The notes below the pieces were generated by a model. It searched no databases. It saw only the letters and a list, made by a program, of their open reading frames with translations, and had not been told where the DNA came from. Positions 12,701 through 23,568 of a DNA stretch of 41,458 nucleotides are shown here, piece by piece (positions within the stretch are counted from its first letter, which is position 1; each line of letters opens with the position of its first letter). Both the position numbers and the translations under genes were made by a program. Source of the stretch: Octopus bimaculoides (lineage: Eukaryota); contig NC_068992.1 in assembly GCF_001194135.2 (NCBI RefSeq), positions 10,070,005-10,111,462 of the forward strand, written 5' to 3'.

Positions 12701-13517
12701 NNNNNNNNNNNNNNNNNNNNNNNNNNNNNNNNNNNNNNNNNNNNNNNNNNNNNNNNNNNNNNNNNNNNNNNNNNNNNNNNNNNNNNNNNNNNNNNNNNNN
12801 NNNNNNNNNNNNNNNNNNNNNTATATATATATATATATATATATATGTAAATGTGTGTGTGTGTGTGTGTGTGTGTTTACCATGGTATTTATGTGTGCTG
12901 ACAGAAAAACCCAGAGCCAACTCATTACTAGTATAGAGTGAATATGTGTATTAATACAATGTAAATGCTCTTGTTAAGAATCCTCTGCTGACAGTTTCGC
13001 TATTGATGTTCTTCATATGAGACATGCATGATTCTATTCTTGTGACCATAATTTTAAAAAATGCTGAAATTTTAAGTCATGCACAGAAACATGAACCTAC
13101 ATGAGAGGTAACTTCTGAACTTTTCTACACTGTAATGTTCCCTAATATTGCTAATTATATTTTTATAAACCACATAGAAGGGAACTTAAGAAAAATCTGA
13201 AGTTACCTTCCATGGAAGTTATTTTCCATGTGTTCTTGATTTAAAATTCCTCTATTTTTAAAATGGTAACATGAGTAGAACCATGTGTATCCTGTCTGTA
13301 GACTGTGAATGATGAAACGGTCAGGAATGGACTATTGACAGTCCTGTTTATTCTGTATTGATTGTAATACATATGTGCATAAATTTGTGTATACATGCAT
13401 AGATTTGCTGGTGTGCATGTATACATATATATGTTTGTGTGTGTACACACACGTCCATATATGTATCTCTATATGTATATTGTACATATACATGTTTCTG
13501 TTTCTATGTACTTACCC

Positions 13518-13548
<31 letters not shown>

Positions 13549-13751
13549 TATATAAATATATATATGCATCTCTTTCTTGTACTCTATCTCTTGCTCTTTT
13601 TCACTCTCTCTCTCCCACTCTCTCTGTATATATATATATATATATGTATATATCTGTGTATATGTATATATGTATGTGCATATATATGTGTGTGTGTGTA
13701 TACATATATGTGTGTGTATGTATATATATATATATATATATATATAAACAC

Positions 13752-13784
<33 letters not shown>

Positions 13785-14324
13785 TTATATGAAAACAATA
13801 ATTTTACCTCTACAGATGCTATCTGTTTGGTCTTTCAAAGAAAATATATGGTTGTAAAATATAATTGAAATAAAATTTCAGCTCTCGCTATATGTATATA
13901 TATATATATATATGTACATAATGTTTTCCTTGTTTTTTTTTTCCTTTAATACTTTCTACAAAATGATGCTTTGTTGCCACACTCATATATGCTTTTCAAA
14001 TCATCTTCTGTCCAAAATTTTCATGAATATGTTATAAGAAAATCATTCTCACATTAATATAATAATCAACAGTTGATCAATTGTCAGTGTTTCTCTTATA
14101 TTTCTCTCTTCTGGCATCTAAACATTCTCTGTTTTAATCTTCCTATAGGACTGCATCATTCTCAGTCTATCACTTCCTTACTCCCCCTCTCTCCTTTGTG
14201 GTTGTTTTACCTCATTGTGAACACCCTATGTTATTGCACCTAGCCATTTCTGATGCCCTACATATTGATGTACCTAGATCCTGATGAATCCTAAAACTAA
14301 TCACTTGCATGCTGATTTCATGAG

Positions 14325-14505
14325 TAGGCGCAGGAGTGGCTGTGTGGTAAGTAGCTTGCTTACCAACCACGTGGTTCCGGGTTCAGTCCCACTGCGTGGC
14401 ACCTTGGGCAAGTGTCTTCTGCTATAGCCTCGGGCCGACCAAAGCCTTGTGAGTGGATTTGGTAGACGGAAACTGAAAGAAGCCCGTCGTATATATGTAT
14501 ATATG

Positions 14506-14540
<35 letters not shown>

Positions 14541-14695
14541 ATTTGTGTGTCTGTGTTTGTCTCCCCAACATTGCTTGACAACCGATGGTGGTGTGTTTAC
14601 ATCCCTGTAACTTAGCGGTTCGGCAAAAGAGACCGATAAAATAAGTATTAGGCTTACAAAGAATAAGTCCTGGGGTCGATTTGCTCGAGTAAAAG
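14325..14695 (+). mobile_element. Near-complete, young tRNA-type SINE (third family) with internal (AT)/(GT) tract
   Basis: taggcgcaggagtggctgtgtggtaagtagc...ggttcagtccc head; same head recurs at 22456, 15535, about 380 and on - at about 27190. Confidence 0.85.
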
Positions 14696-15077
14696 AGTAA
14701 AAAAAGGAGTAAACGTTATTATCAAGATGATACCCATGGTGCATGTTCAGATCCACTTACAATAATCATTGTAAGACCAGCACTATTCTCTCTCTCTCTC
14801 TCTCTGTACTGCTCATATGCATGGCATAATGTTGCAGTAACAGAGACACACACACACACACACACACATTTCCTCAAGTTATTGATGTGCAAGTAGCTTT
14901 TGCAATGTCAGTGCATCTAACTGATTAAACCAATAGATCATCTCTAAATAACATTGAGAATGATATCAGAATACATCATGTACAAATGATATCTGAAAAG
15001 AGTAATACGTCTACATCTACAGATAGTTATCAACAATTAACTATATCTCTGTTTAATCAATATCTGCAAGTTGGTTC

Positions 15078-15530
15078 TGTTAACGTGACACCCACAAGCT
15101 GTTTGTGTGTTGTCGACTTGTAATTAGTGACTATCTAGTCATCCTTTATAGACTTCCAAATACTCTATCATAAGCACGGTAGATGATGTGACAGTCTCAT
15201 AGGAAATAATAATCTATAAAGGTTGCTATTATCTAAACAACAATTAACAGCCTTTTCTTGTTAGCTTATTTGTCAAAATCTATAGACTGAGGTTGTCTAT
15301 TCACTCAGCGTTTACACTATTTGTCTGTCTGTCTCTCTGTCTACTCCTGTAAACATAGAGAGACCATGTGTAACTTGTCAACAGTTACTAACTCTGCATT
15401 TTTATATACTAACAATCTATAGTCTGTGTCTTTATGTCTACATAATCATATTCTCATCAACTGAATGTTTTTAAATATTAATCAATAAAGAGCTTCGTTT
15501 CATTCACTTAAGCTCATCTGTTCTATGACT
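15078..15530 (+). mobile_element. Possible solo-LTR-like remnant
   Basis: Begins TGTTAAC, non-coding, AATAAA near the 3' end (about 15484), cut off by a SINE; no PBS, PPT or second LTR seen. Confidence 0.25.
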
Positions 15531-15534
15531 TTCC

Positions 15535-15780
15535 AAGGCCTGGCTGTGTGGTTAAGTAACATTCTTTGCAACCACATAGTTTCAAGTTCAGCTCCACTGC
15601 ATGGCACCTTGGGTCAGTGTCTTCTACTATAGCCTTGGGCCAACCAAAGCCTTGTTAGTGGATTTCGTAGATGGAAACTATGTGGAAGCATGCTGTGTGT
15701 ATTTACATGTGTTTGTGCATGTATTTGTGTGTGCCTTTGTAGTGCCTCAGTATGTCCGTAATCCAGTGACTAAAACAAGT
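15535..15780 (+). mobile_element. Older copy of the 14325 SINE family
   Basis: Colinear with 14325-14600 (tggctgtgtgg...ggcaccttggg...agccttgggccaaccaaagccttg), with CpGs largely converted. Confidence 0.75.
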
Positions 15781-15787
15781 GAAAGAG

Positions 15788-15833
<46 letters not shown>

Positions 15834-17099
15834 TACATACTTGCATACACATGGTCAGAATTGACCATATGGCTGTACCTTTCTACACAGGTCAGGCATG
15901 GCCAACATATTTTTTGCAGAGGTGTAGCAATTATTGCCTGCACACACATACATCCCTTGTCTCACTATGATTTTGATGTTGTCCAAAGAAAAGTCTGCCA
16001 CTTCACAGCCAAAAGAGACTGGCTCCAGTCTCATGAAAATACAAAGATCTTGAACAGATGTCATGATACATCTTGTATCTTGTCATATCTTCTGACAGTT
16101 CCACCAAACTTCTGCCCTGGATTAGTATCTTTTTTTATCAATCCTGAAAGATTGAGATGTAAAGTTAACTTCGACAATATTTGAACTCAGAACAGCGAGT
16201 GTTGGAGCAACTACCATGAGATATTTTATCCAACACTGAATTGACTCTTTAACATTTTCATATTGTCTATAAATCCAGGTATAATTTTCCCTCTTTCAAT
16301 TTTCATTAATGAAAATTGATTAAAGCTGCCCATCCTTTTTGTGATAATACTGCAATAATCTCTAACAGGCAATGGCAACCATTTTCAAGAAGCAGGCTGC
16401 ATGAGACATGGCTTACCATCAAGTGAGATGCACTACTAAGATAATTCAAAGAAATTTTCCATTGGCATACTATTCAGAATGTCCTACAGGCTGCAGTTTA
16501 CTTTATGACTCATCTAAAACATGTTCTTTCAGTTTTTTAAAAAATACTTTGAGTTGTTTTTAGAAAATAGGGTTGTGTGCTTTTATTTTTCCAAAGAAAT
16601 CTTTTTACTGTAATTCATAGACAGAGAAGCAATAAAAAATAAAAAAAACTTACTTTTTTATCGGCAAATCACTTGATCAAGTGAGCCATTTGGGATAACG
16701 TTGAAGAAGTCTGTTTTTATGTTGTGTAGCTTGGAGCCTGTCAGCTTAATGGAGTTCTTTCCTGAAAGTTAGAAGAGTGCATCTTCTTGGTTATCCAACC
16801 CACAAGAAAGAGCACCTGAAATCCCTCTTCCTAAATTATGCCCCAACGTCTTAAGAAAGAAAGGACACATTAGATAATGTAGTCCTAGATATACTATGTC
16901 TGAAAAAAGTGAAACAGATCAGAGTTGATCTGATAGCTAACAACTACTACAATTCACAGAAATAGTTTTATGTTGTGCAGTTTGCTTTGGATTTTTCTCA
17001 ACTTTGTAAGTATTGAATGAGTTCCCTCAAAGAAACCACATCAAAAAATGCAACAGGATTTTCTTCCAAACCTAGGAGTTATATAACAAGAGTCTTGTT

Positions 17100-17637
17100 A
17101 TATGATGAAAAAAAAACAAAAAAACTCAGAACACACATCCAAACAAAATGCTGCTAAGCATTTTGCTTGTTGTGCTAACGATTTTGTCAGATTGTTGCCT
17201 TAAAAATAATAATAATCCTTTCTACTATAGGCACAAGGCCTGAAATTTGTGGGGAGGGGACTAGTCGATTACATCAGCCCCAGCATTCAACTGGTACTTA
17301 ATTTATCAACCCCAAAAGATTGAAAGGCAAAGTCAGCCTTGGCAGGATTTGAACTCAGAATTTAGCAACAGATAAAATACTGCAAAGCATTTCACCCAGA
17401 AAGGTTACGATTCTACCAGCTTGTTACTTTTGGTTTCAAATTTCACCAGAAAGACAACAATTTATTGTGGGAGGGGATAAGTTGATTTCATTGACCCCAG
17501 AATTTCACTGGTACTTAATTTATTGACTCCCAAAAGGATGAAAGACAAAGTTGACTTCAGTGGAATTTGAACTTAGAATGTAGCAACAGGCAAAATACTG
17601 CTAAGAGTTTTGTCCAGCATGCTAATGACTGCCTTAA
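17100..17637 (-). mobile_element. Cluster of three same-orientation decayed SINEs of the 28735 family
   Basis: Repeated aaaggcaaagtc/aaagacaaagtt...gatttgaact...atactgc.aagcattt blocks are reverse complements of the 28735 body. Further copies at about 19505-19659, 20100-20215 and 38180-38290. Confidence 0.75.
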
Positions 17638-17660
17638 TAATAATGATAATAATAATGATG

Positions 17661-17692
<32 letters not shown>

Positions 17693-18276
17693 TTTATTAT
17701 TATTTAAGGTTCACCTTAATTTTATTATTATTAAGGCTTACCACCTTAATAATAATAGTAATAGTAATAATAATAATGATAATAATAATAATAACAACAA
17801 CAACAACAATAATAATGTTATTGCAGTGTTAGTCTAATTTTAATTTCAACAATTGTATACACTTTGCTTGTGTAATGTAATTTTTGAAAGTCGTTGACAT
17901 TAACTACTTGTAAGTTTTGTATAAATAGACTGTCAGCGAAGCATTGTAAATGACATTTTCTCAATAATTAAATCGAAAAAGAAAATGCCTGCATGAAGTG
18001 ACGACTGTTAATCACTTCTTCACCATATCATGAATTGACAAAGAGGAACTGGAACCGATAATTTCTATTGGCTAAATTTCCACAATTTGAAGTGATAAAA
18101 GACTTCAACGAAAAATTAGATTGCCGGTGAGAAAAGCAATCCTAAATCAGGTGATAATTCTTTAAATTACAGCCTTAGATGGCAGAAAATCTAATCTGCC
18201 ACACATTCGTTGCTAATTTGCTAATTAAACAAAATCACTTCATACATACATACATACATACAAATATATATTTATA

Positions 18277-18355
<79 letters not shown>

Positions 18356-19657
18356 CATGTAACACACTATAGATTCTATTAGAGCACCTATGAATATCAT
18401 TAGTAGCTATTCTTTTTTGTATAATTGTTTTGAATGCCTTAGTTCATTTAATTGTTTGAATTAAGAACAGGAATAATAAGTCTTCGTACAGGACTCCAAG
18501 AGATATATGCATCACCATAGGCTCAAGCATTATTCCTATCAGCATTGGTAGGAATGCCTTTTCTAGGATTCTTAATATTGTTTTGGACACTTTATGTTTA
18601 TAGCTAAGGAGAGTGGAAGTGATATGTTCATGCTTTTCCTGTTTGCTCAATTTCATCATCTTTAAGTACTGAAAGATTTCAGCAAAAAACATGATTTGAC
18701 AATAAGAAAAGCAATATGGAACCAAATGATATTTAACCAAATGCCAGTCATATGTAGCTGCAAATATTTTGATAAACGTAATTTTTTGCACATGATGGAA
18801 TAATTGACAATATATTCAATGAGAACAACTTTGGATAGAATTTATTTGCCCTCTTAGAATTATATGGATTATTATTAAGGTTTAGAAAAAATAAAGCCCT
18901 CATTTCTATACAACATGTTTCAATATTAATCAACCGAACATTGACATTTTAAAACACAAGAATTTGTTCTGTAAGCATTCATATCAGCACAACAAAAAGT
19001 GTATGGTAATTAGGATATTTCTGAGATCAGTTTAAGAAATACAAGATCTTTTGATTTATCTTCTCTACAAAGAGAGAGAGAGAGAGAGAGAAAAGCCTAC
19101 CCAAAGATCGTCATGAGAAAAGGAAACTAACATTAATTAGAGGCTGTAATTTTTTCTGGTCGGTAAATTTAACCTATAATTATTAAAAGTTAAATAGCAT
19201 TTACAGTTATGTAAACGTTAAGAGAACGTTTATGAGTTTTATAAATCTAGTATAGACCAACAGATGGTGCAAGAGTACACAAAAGTGCTTAGTCATAATA
19301 GAGTTTGATTAATAAAGAGTCTATGCTTGTACAAATTTACTGGCAGATAAAGCTTATAGGCCAGACATTGTGGTTAGAGAGTAATAATGCTTAGTTATGG
19401 GAATTTCAATACCAATAGGTGAAATGATTTTGAAAATATTTGAAAAAAATGATGTGGTTAATTTGAATAATAACAATAATGCTTTCAAATTGTGGCAGTG
19501 GGTTAAAAATTTTCAATGGAGTGGGCAAGTCAAATACATCGACCCCACTCCACCCAAAAAGTCGACCTCAGTGGCATTTGAATTTAGGATGTAAAACCGG
19601 AAGAAACACTGCTAAGCATTTTGTCTGGGATACTAACGATTCTGTCAGCTCATTGCC

Positions 19658-19709
<52 letters not shown>

Positions 19710-19728
19710 CAACAATAATGACAATAAC

Positions 19729-20000
19729 GATTTCTTTATTGACCACAAGGGCCGAACACAAAACAAATTGGGACAATACAATACAAGGGGCGACAAGTGG
19801 GGGTGTTGAACAATGACAAGTATACAATGAATAACAATAACAATTAAGAAAATTCTAACAAAAAAATCCCCCAATAGGGTGGGATGGGAAGATCCGCCCA
19901 GGGCCAACCAAGGCACTCCACACATCCTGGCCACCCTGACCACCCTGACCACCAAGAGTACCTCAGGCAAGCACCCCTCTTCCCCTCAACCATTCCGGCC
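19729..20000 (-). mobile_element. 3' end of a Tx1/L1-like LINE (ORF2 C-terminus and 3'UTR)
   Basis: VRVARM motif parallels VKAAKMARVDG at the end of the 30.1-30.9 kb LINE; ends ...gtgttcggcccttgtggtcAATAAAgaaatc followed by a (TTA/TTG)n tail. Confidence 0.65.
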
Positions 20001-20215
20001 AATAGGCAAATGTTCAGAGTAGGCCCATCCTCAAGGCCAGCAATTTCGTTTCGGTGGTGGTGGTCGTTAGTCGATTGCACGGATTTCAGTACTTGAGAAG
20101 TGCTTTAATTTAAAGGTTCCGAAAAAGATAAAAAGGCAAGGTTGATCTCAGTAGGATTTGTACTCAGAACATGTAAAGATTTGGAAGAAATGCCACTAAG
20201 CATTTTATCTGACAC

Positions 20216-20597
20216 ACTTCCAAACGTCTGAAGAAATCCGGTTGTCCTATTCCTGTTGGAGCATAAATAGCCATCAGTCTGAGAGCACCCCCGTCACTAC
20301 TGTTCACATCAAGGACCACTAATTTGCTTTTTGGGTCCATGAAGATAGTGCTTATCTTGAGATTCAAAGCTCTCTGGAACAACATCACAGTTCCTACCCC
20401 ATTCCCACTTGACATGGAGACAAATAAATTTCGTATCCACCGAAAATGGGTATAAAAGCCGGTCGGTCTGAGAGTCTGGTTTCACTGATAGCCACTACAT
20501 TTACACTTAGTAACCCAAGGTCGTTGCGTAGATGGCCTTGTTTCCAGGGCAACACAAGGTCTCGTGCATTTGTACTGCCTATTTTGAGCGAGTCTAT
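20216..20597 (-). mobile_element. APE-type endonuclease remnant, start of LINE ORF2 (Tx1/L1-like), frameshifted
   Basis: IDSLKIGSTNARDL...KQGHLRNDL...VVAISETRL, then after a frameshift GVGTVMLF...KLVVLDV...LRLMAIYAPTGIGQPDFFRRLEV: canonical APE motifs (N-x-R-G-like, SET, IYAP). Confidence 0.88.
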
Positions 20598-21127
20598 ATT
20601 TATTGGAGAGGAGGAGAATGAAGAGAATCACTTAACCTATTTCTGTGCAGAGACATGTTCTGTCCTCACCATTTGTGAGTGTTTCCACAAGCATTTCTTT
20701 TCACAGCCTTTTATTTATGGTCCTACGGAAATCTCCCATTCCTTTGACATATTTTGCTTTCAATATGTTGTAAGTTTGATGCATTAATTTTATAATTTTC
20801 ATGTGAATAGGAATGTTGTGCGATGATGCGATGTAATGAATGCATATTTTTGATTTCGTTTTATTAAGTTCTTGCTGTTGGTATCTATGGCCGTGTAAAT
20901 TAGATATGCCTTGTGAGGATTATTCATGTTGTTGGTCTGAATTGCTATGAATTTTCATTTGTTGAAGTGTTTGCGATGTTGGTGGTGTTTGTAGTACAGC
21001 AGATGTTTGTAACTGCTTTTGTGTAGGGTGTGTGGGTGTGCGATGGTCTGTTGGTTTCTCTGTACCCTTCTCTGTTTTTAGTCTTGTACTGCGTGCTTTT
21101 CATTTTGTAATAGTTTTCTTTTGCTTT

Positions 21128-21715
21128 TCACCAGGACCCATTTTGGTGGGCTTCCAAGACTGTTTTCCTCGCTAGACAAGTTTTCGCTGTCGAACAAATC
21201 TGTTGCCGGGTGGGGATGCGGGGTATATTCGCACACTCGCGCATTTCTAAGCTAGTAGTCAGATCGAGTGGTGTGACTAATCCTTCTCTTGGTTGCGATT
21301 GAATAGGGGTTATTTTAATTTTTCTCGGGTGTGGTTCTGATGTTGTTGAATGGATTTCTTCTGCTGCTCTTTCTGCTGATGCTGTTGGTGTTGGTGTTGC
21401 TGTTGTTTTTGTGGCTGTTGTTGTGTTAAAGGTGTCTGCAGCAGCGGTTTTTTCTTTCCTTTGCATGGGGCAGAAAGCCTTTAAATGGTTTGTTTCGTCA
21501 GAAATGTGGAATCTCGGTTTTCTGTCCTCTACTGCTACAAACAACAGTGTTCCATAAGATAGGTTGACCAGGTCAGGGATGGCTTCGATACTTTCAGATC
21601 TGTGTGTAACCACACTTCCATGTCCGTGCTTGACCGATTCTCCTTTCCCAATTTGTGGACTTGCAAACTCTGCTTTGTTTACTATGCCGTATAATACAGC
21701 TGCAGCTACCAGCAA
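21128..21715 (-). mobile_element. Decayed ORF1 (gag-like) of a Tx1/L1-like non-LTR retrotransposon
   Basis: IPDLVNLSYGTLLFVAVEDRKPR followed by FHISDETNHLKAFC, a degenerate C-x2-C-x4-H-x4-C knuckle, then a T/A/P-rich linker; lies upstream of, and in the same orientation as, an endonuclease remnant. Confidence 0.7.
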
Positions 21716-21751
21716 AAGATGTCCATTTCTGGTGGTATCTTTTCTTCCTCA

Positions 21752-21955
21752 TCCTGAAGAAAATTCTAACTGGGCCTTACCTGCAAGATCATGCACTGTT
21801 TATTTTGATATGAGATCGCCACGTCGCGCACATATGGTTGTAATGCATATGCCTGGTGTACTCTTATCAGACGAGTAGTCATGATCGATATACTGGGCTT
21901 CGTATATTTTACCTCAGTGTCACTTTGATGGCATGCACTGCTCTCTCACTCAACA
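21752..21955 (+). mobile_element. Retroposon 3' segment, second copy at 31535-31735
   Basis: cctgaagaaaattctaactgggcc...cagtgtcactttgatggcatgcactgctctctcactc is present at both sites, each followed by an (AAC)/(AAT)n tail. Confidence 0.8.
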
Positions 21956-22455
21956 ACAACAACAACAACAATAGCAACAACAACAACAACAACTAAGTGT
22001 TTCGGTTTTAATAATTTTTTATATCGTAATAAACAGGAAAAAATGTACGATATAAGAAAAAAACAACTACTTATTTTTATCCGTTCAGCTCTTTTTTTTT
22101 GAGAATATCTGGATATTGTAGGAAGTAAGGTAAAAAAAAAAGGGTTAAAAATATAAATGAAAACATTTAAACAAATATCTTCAACTCAACTTTCAGAAAA
22201 GCTACATTTGCTAAATTAAAAAAAAAAAAAAAATCACATTATCATTGGTTATTTCCATTGTATCATGTATCTATGAACGGATCGTTATCAATTTGAAAGT
22301 AATCCAGATGGTTCTATGAATCAGAATGTATTCAAATGATGGTCGTTCTCGTTGTTTTCGACGTATGAATGCTTGAAGGAGATGATTTGAAGATAAAGAA
22401 TTAAAAAAAAAAAAAGAAAGAAAGAAAAAGAGACAAGTTTTTCAAATATTAATAA

Positions 22456-22550
22456 TAGGCGCAGGAGTGGCTGTGTGGTAAGTAGCTTGCTTACCAACCA
22501 CATGGTTCCGTGTTCAGTCCCACTGTGTGGCACTTTGGGCAAGTGTCTTT
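22456..22550 (+). mobile_element. 3'-truncated copy of the 14325 SINE family
   Basis: Near-identical to 14325-14420. Confidence 0.85.
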
Positions 22551-22597
22551 GGGTACGTGCTGTGGTTTGCTGTGATGCTCTTATGGTTACTGTATTG

Positions 22598-22652
<55 letters not shown>

Positions 22653-23254
22653 CATTATTATTATTCGAAAGAGAATATAATCACCGAAACTATAAATAAA
22701 TGCATAAATATTGTTGCAGCGCTCTTTTTCCTCCCCCATATTTTACTACAAGCATTGTTAATTTTTCGATGTAGAAAAAAAAAAAAAAAAGGCCCTACCC
22801 CTTAAGCCAAAACACTGCAAGTATGTGTCATCGCTTTCTGCCAACAATAATACAAGTTACTTCAAAAACACTCCATAAAGTTATCAAGAATAATTTACAT
22901 CATATGACATACATGCGTACTTACACACACGCACACACACGCCCCCTCACACAAACACAAATATATACATACAGATATATATATACACTTAAATATATTG
23001 TATATATATATATGTATGTATGTATATATATATATATATACACTTACATACGTACATATATCTATAGATATAGATATAGATAGATCGATAGATAGATGTA
23101 AGTATGTATTTTTGTCGATGACAATATTACAAACTGGTTGAGTAACCATATATTACAGGGACAGCCATACAGGATCTGCTCTTAAGACACTTCACTTTGT
23201 GCTGTTTTTATATTTTTCTAATATTCATAATAAACTTTGAGTATGTATATCAAT

Positions 23255-23289
<35 letters not shown>

Positions 23290-23513
23290 CTTTCTCTGTC
23301 TCTTTCTTTCTCTCTCTCAGTTTTCCTCTCTCCTTCTCTCTGTTTTTCTGTCTCTCTCTTGCTCTCTCCCCTCTCACCCTCTTTCTCTCACTCAAACACA
23401 CATAAAAACACCCACATGCTGTATTTGTACATGCATACAAAAATATGAGTAGAACTATTTAATATATGTATAATATGCTTCTCAGTAGAGTATAACTATA
23501 ACTATATATACAG

Positions 23514-23568
<55 letters not shown>

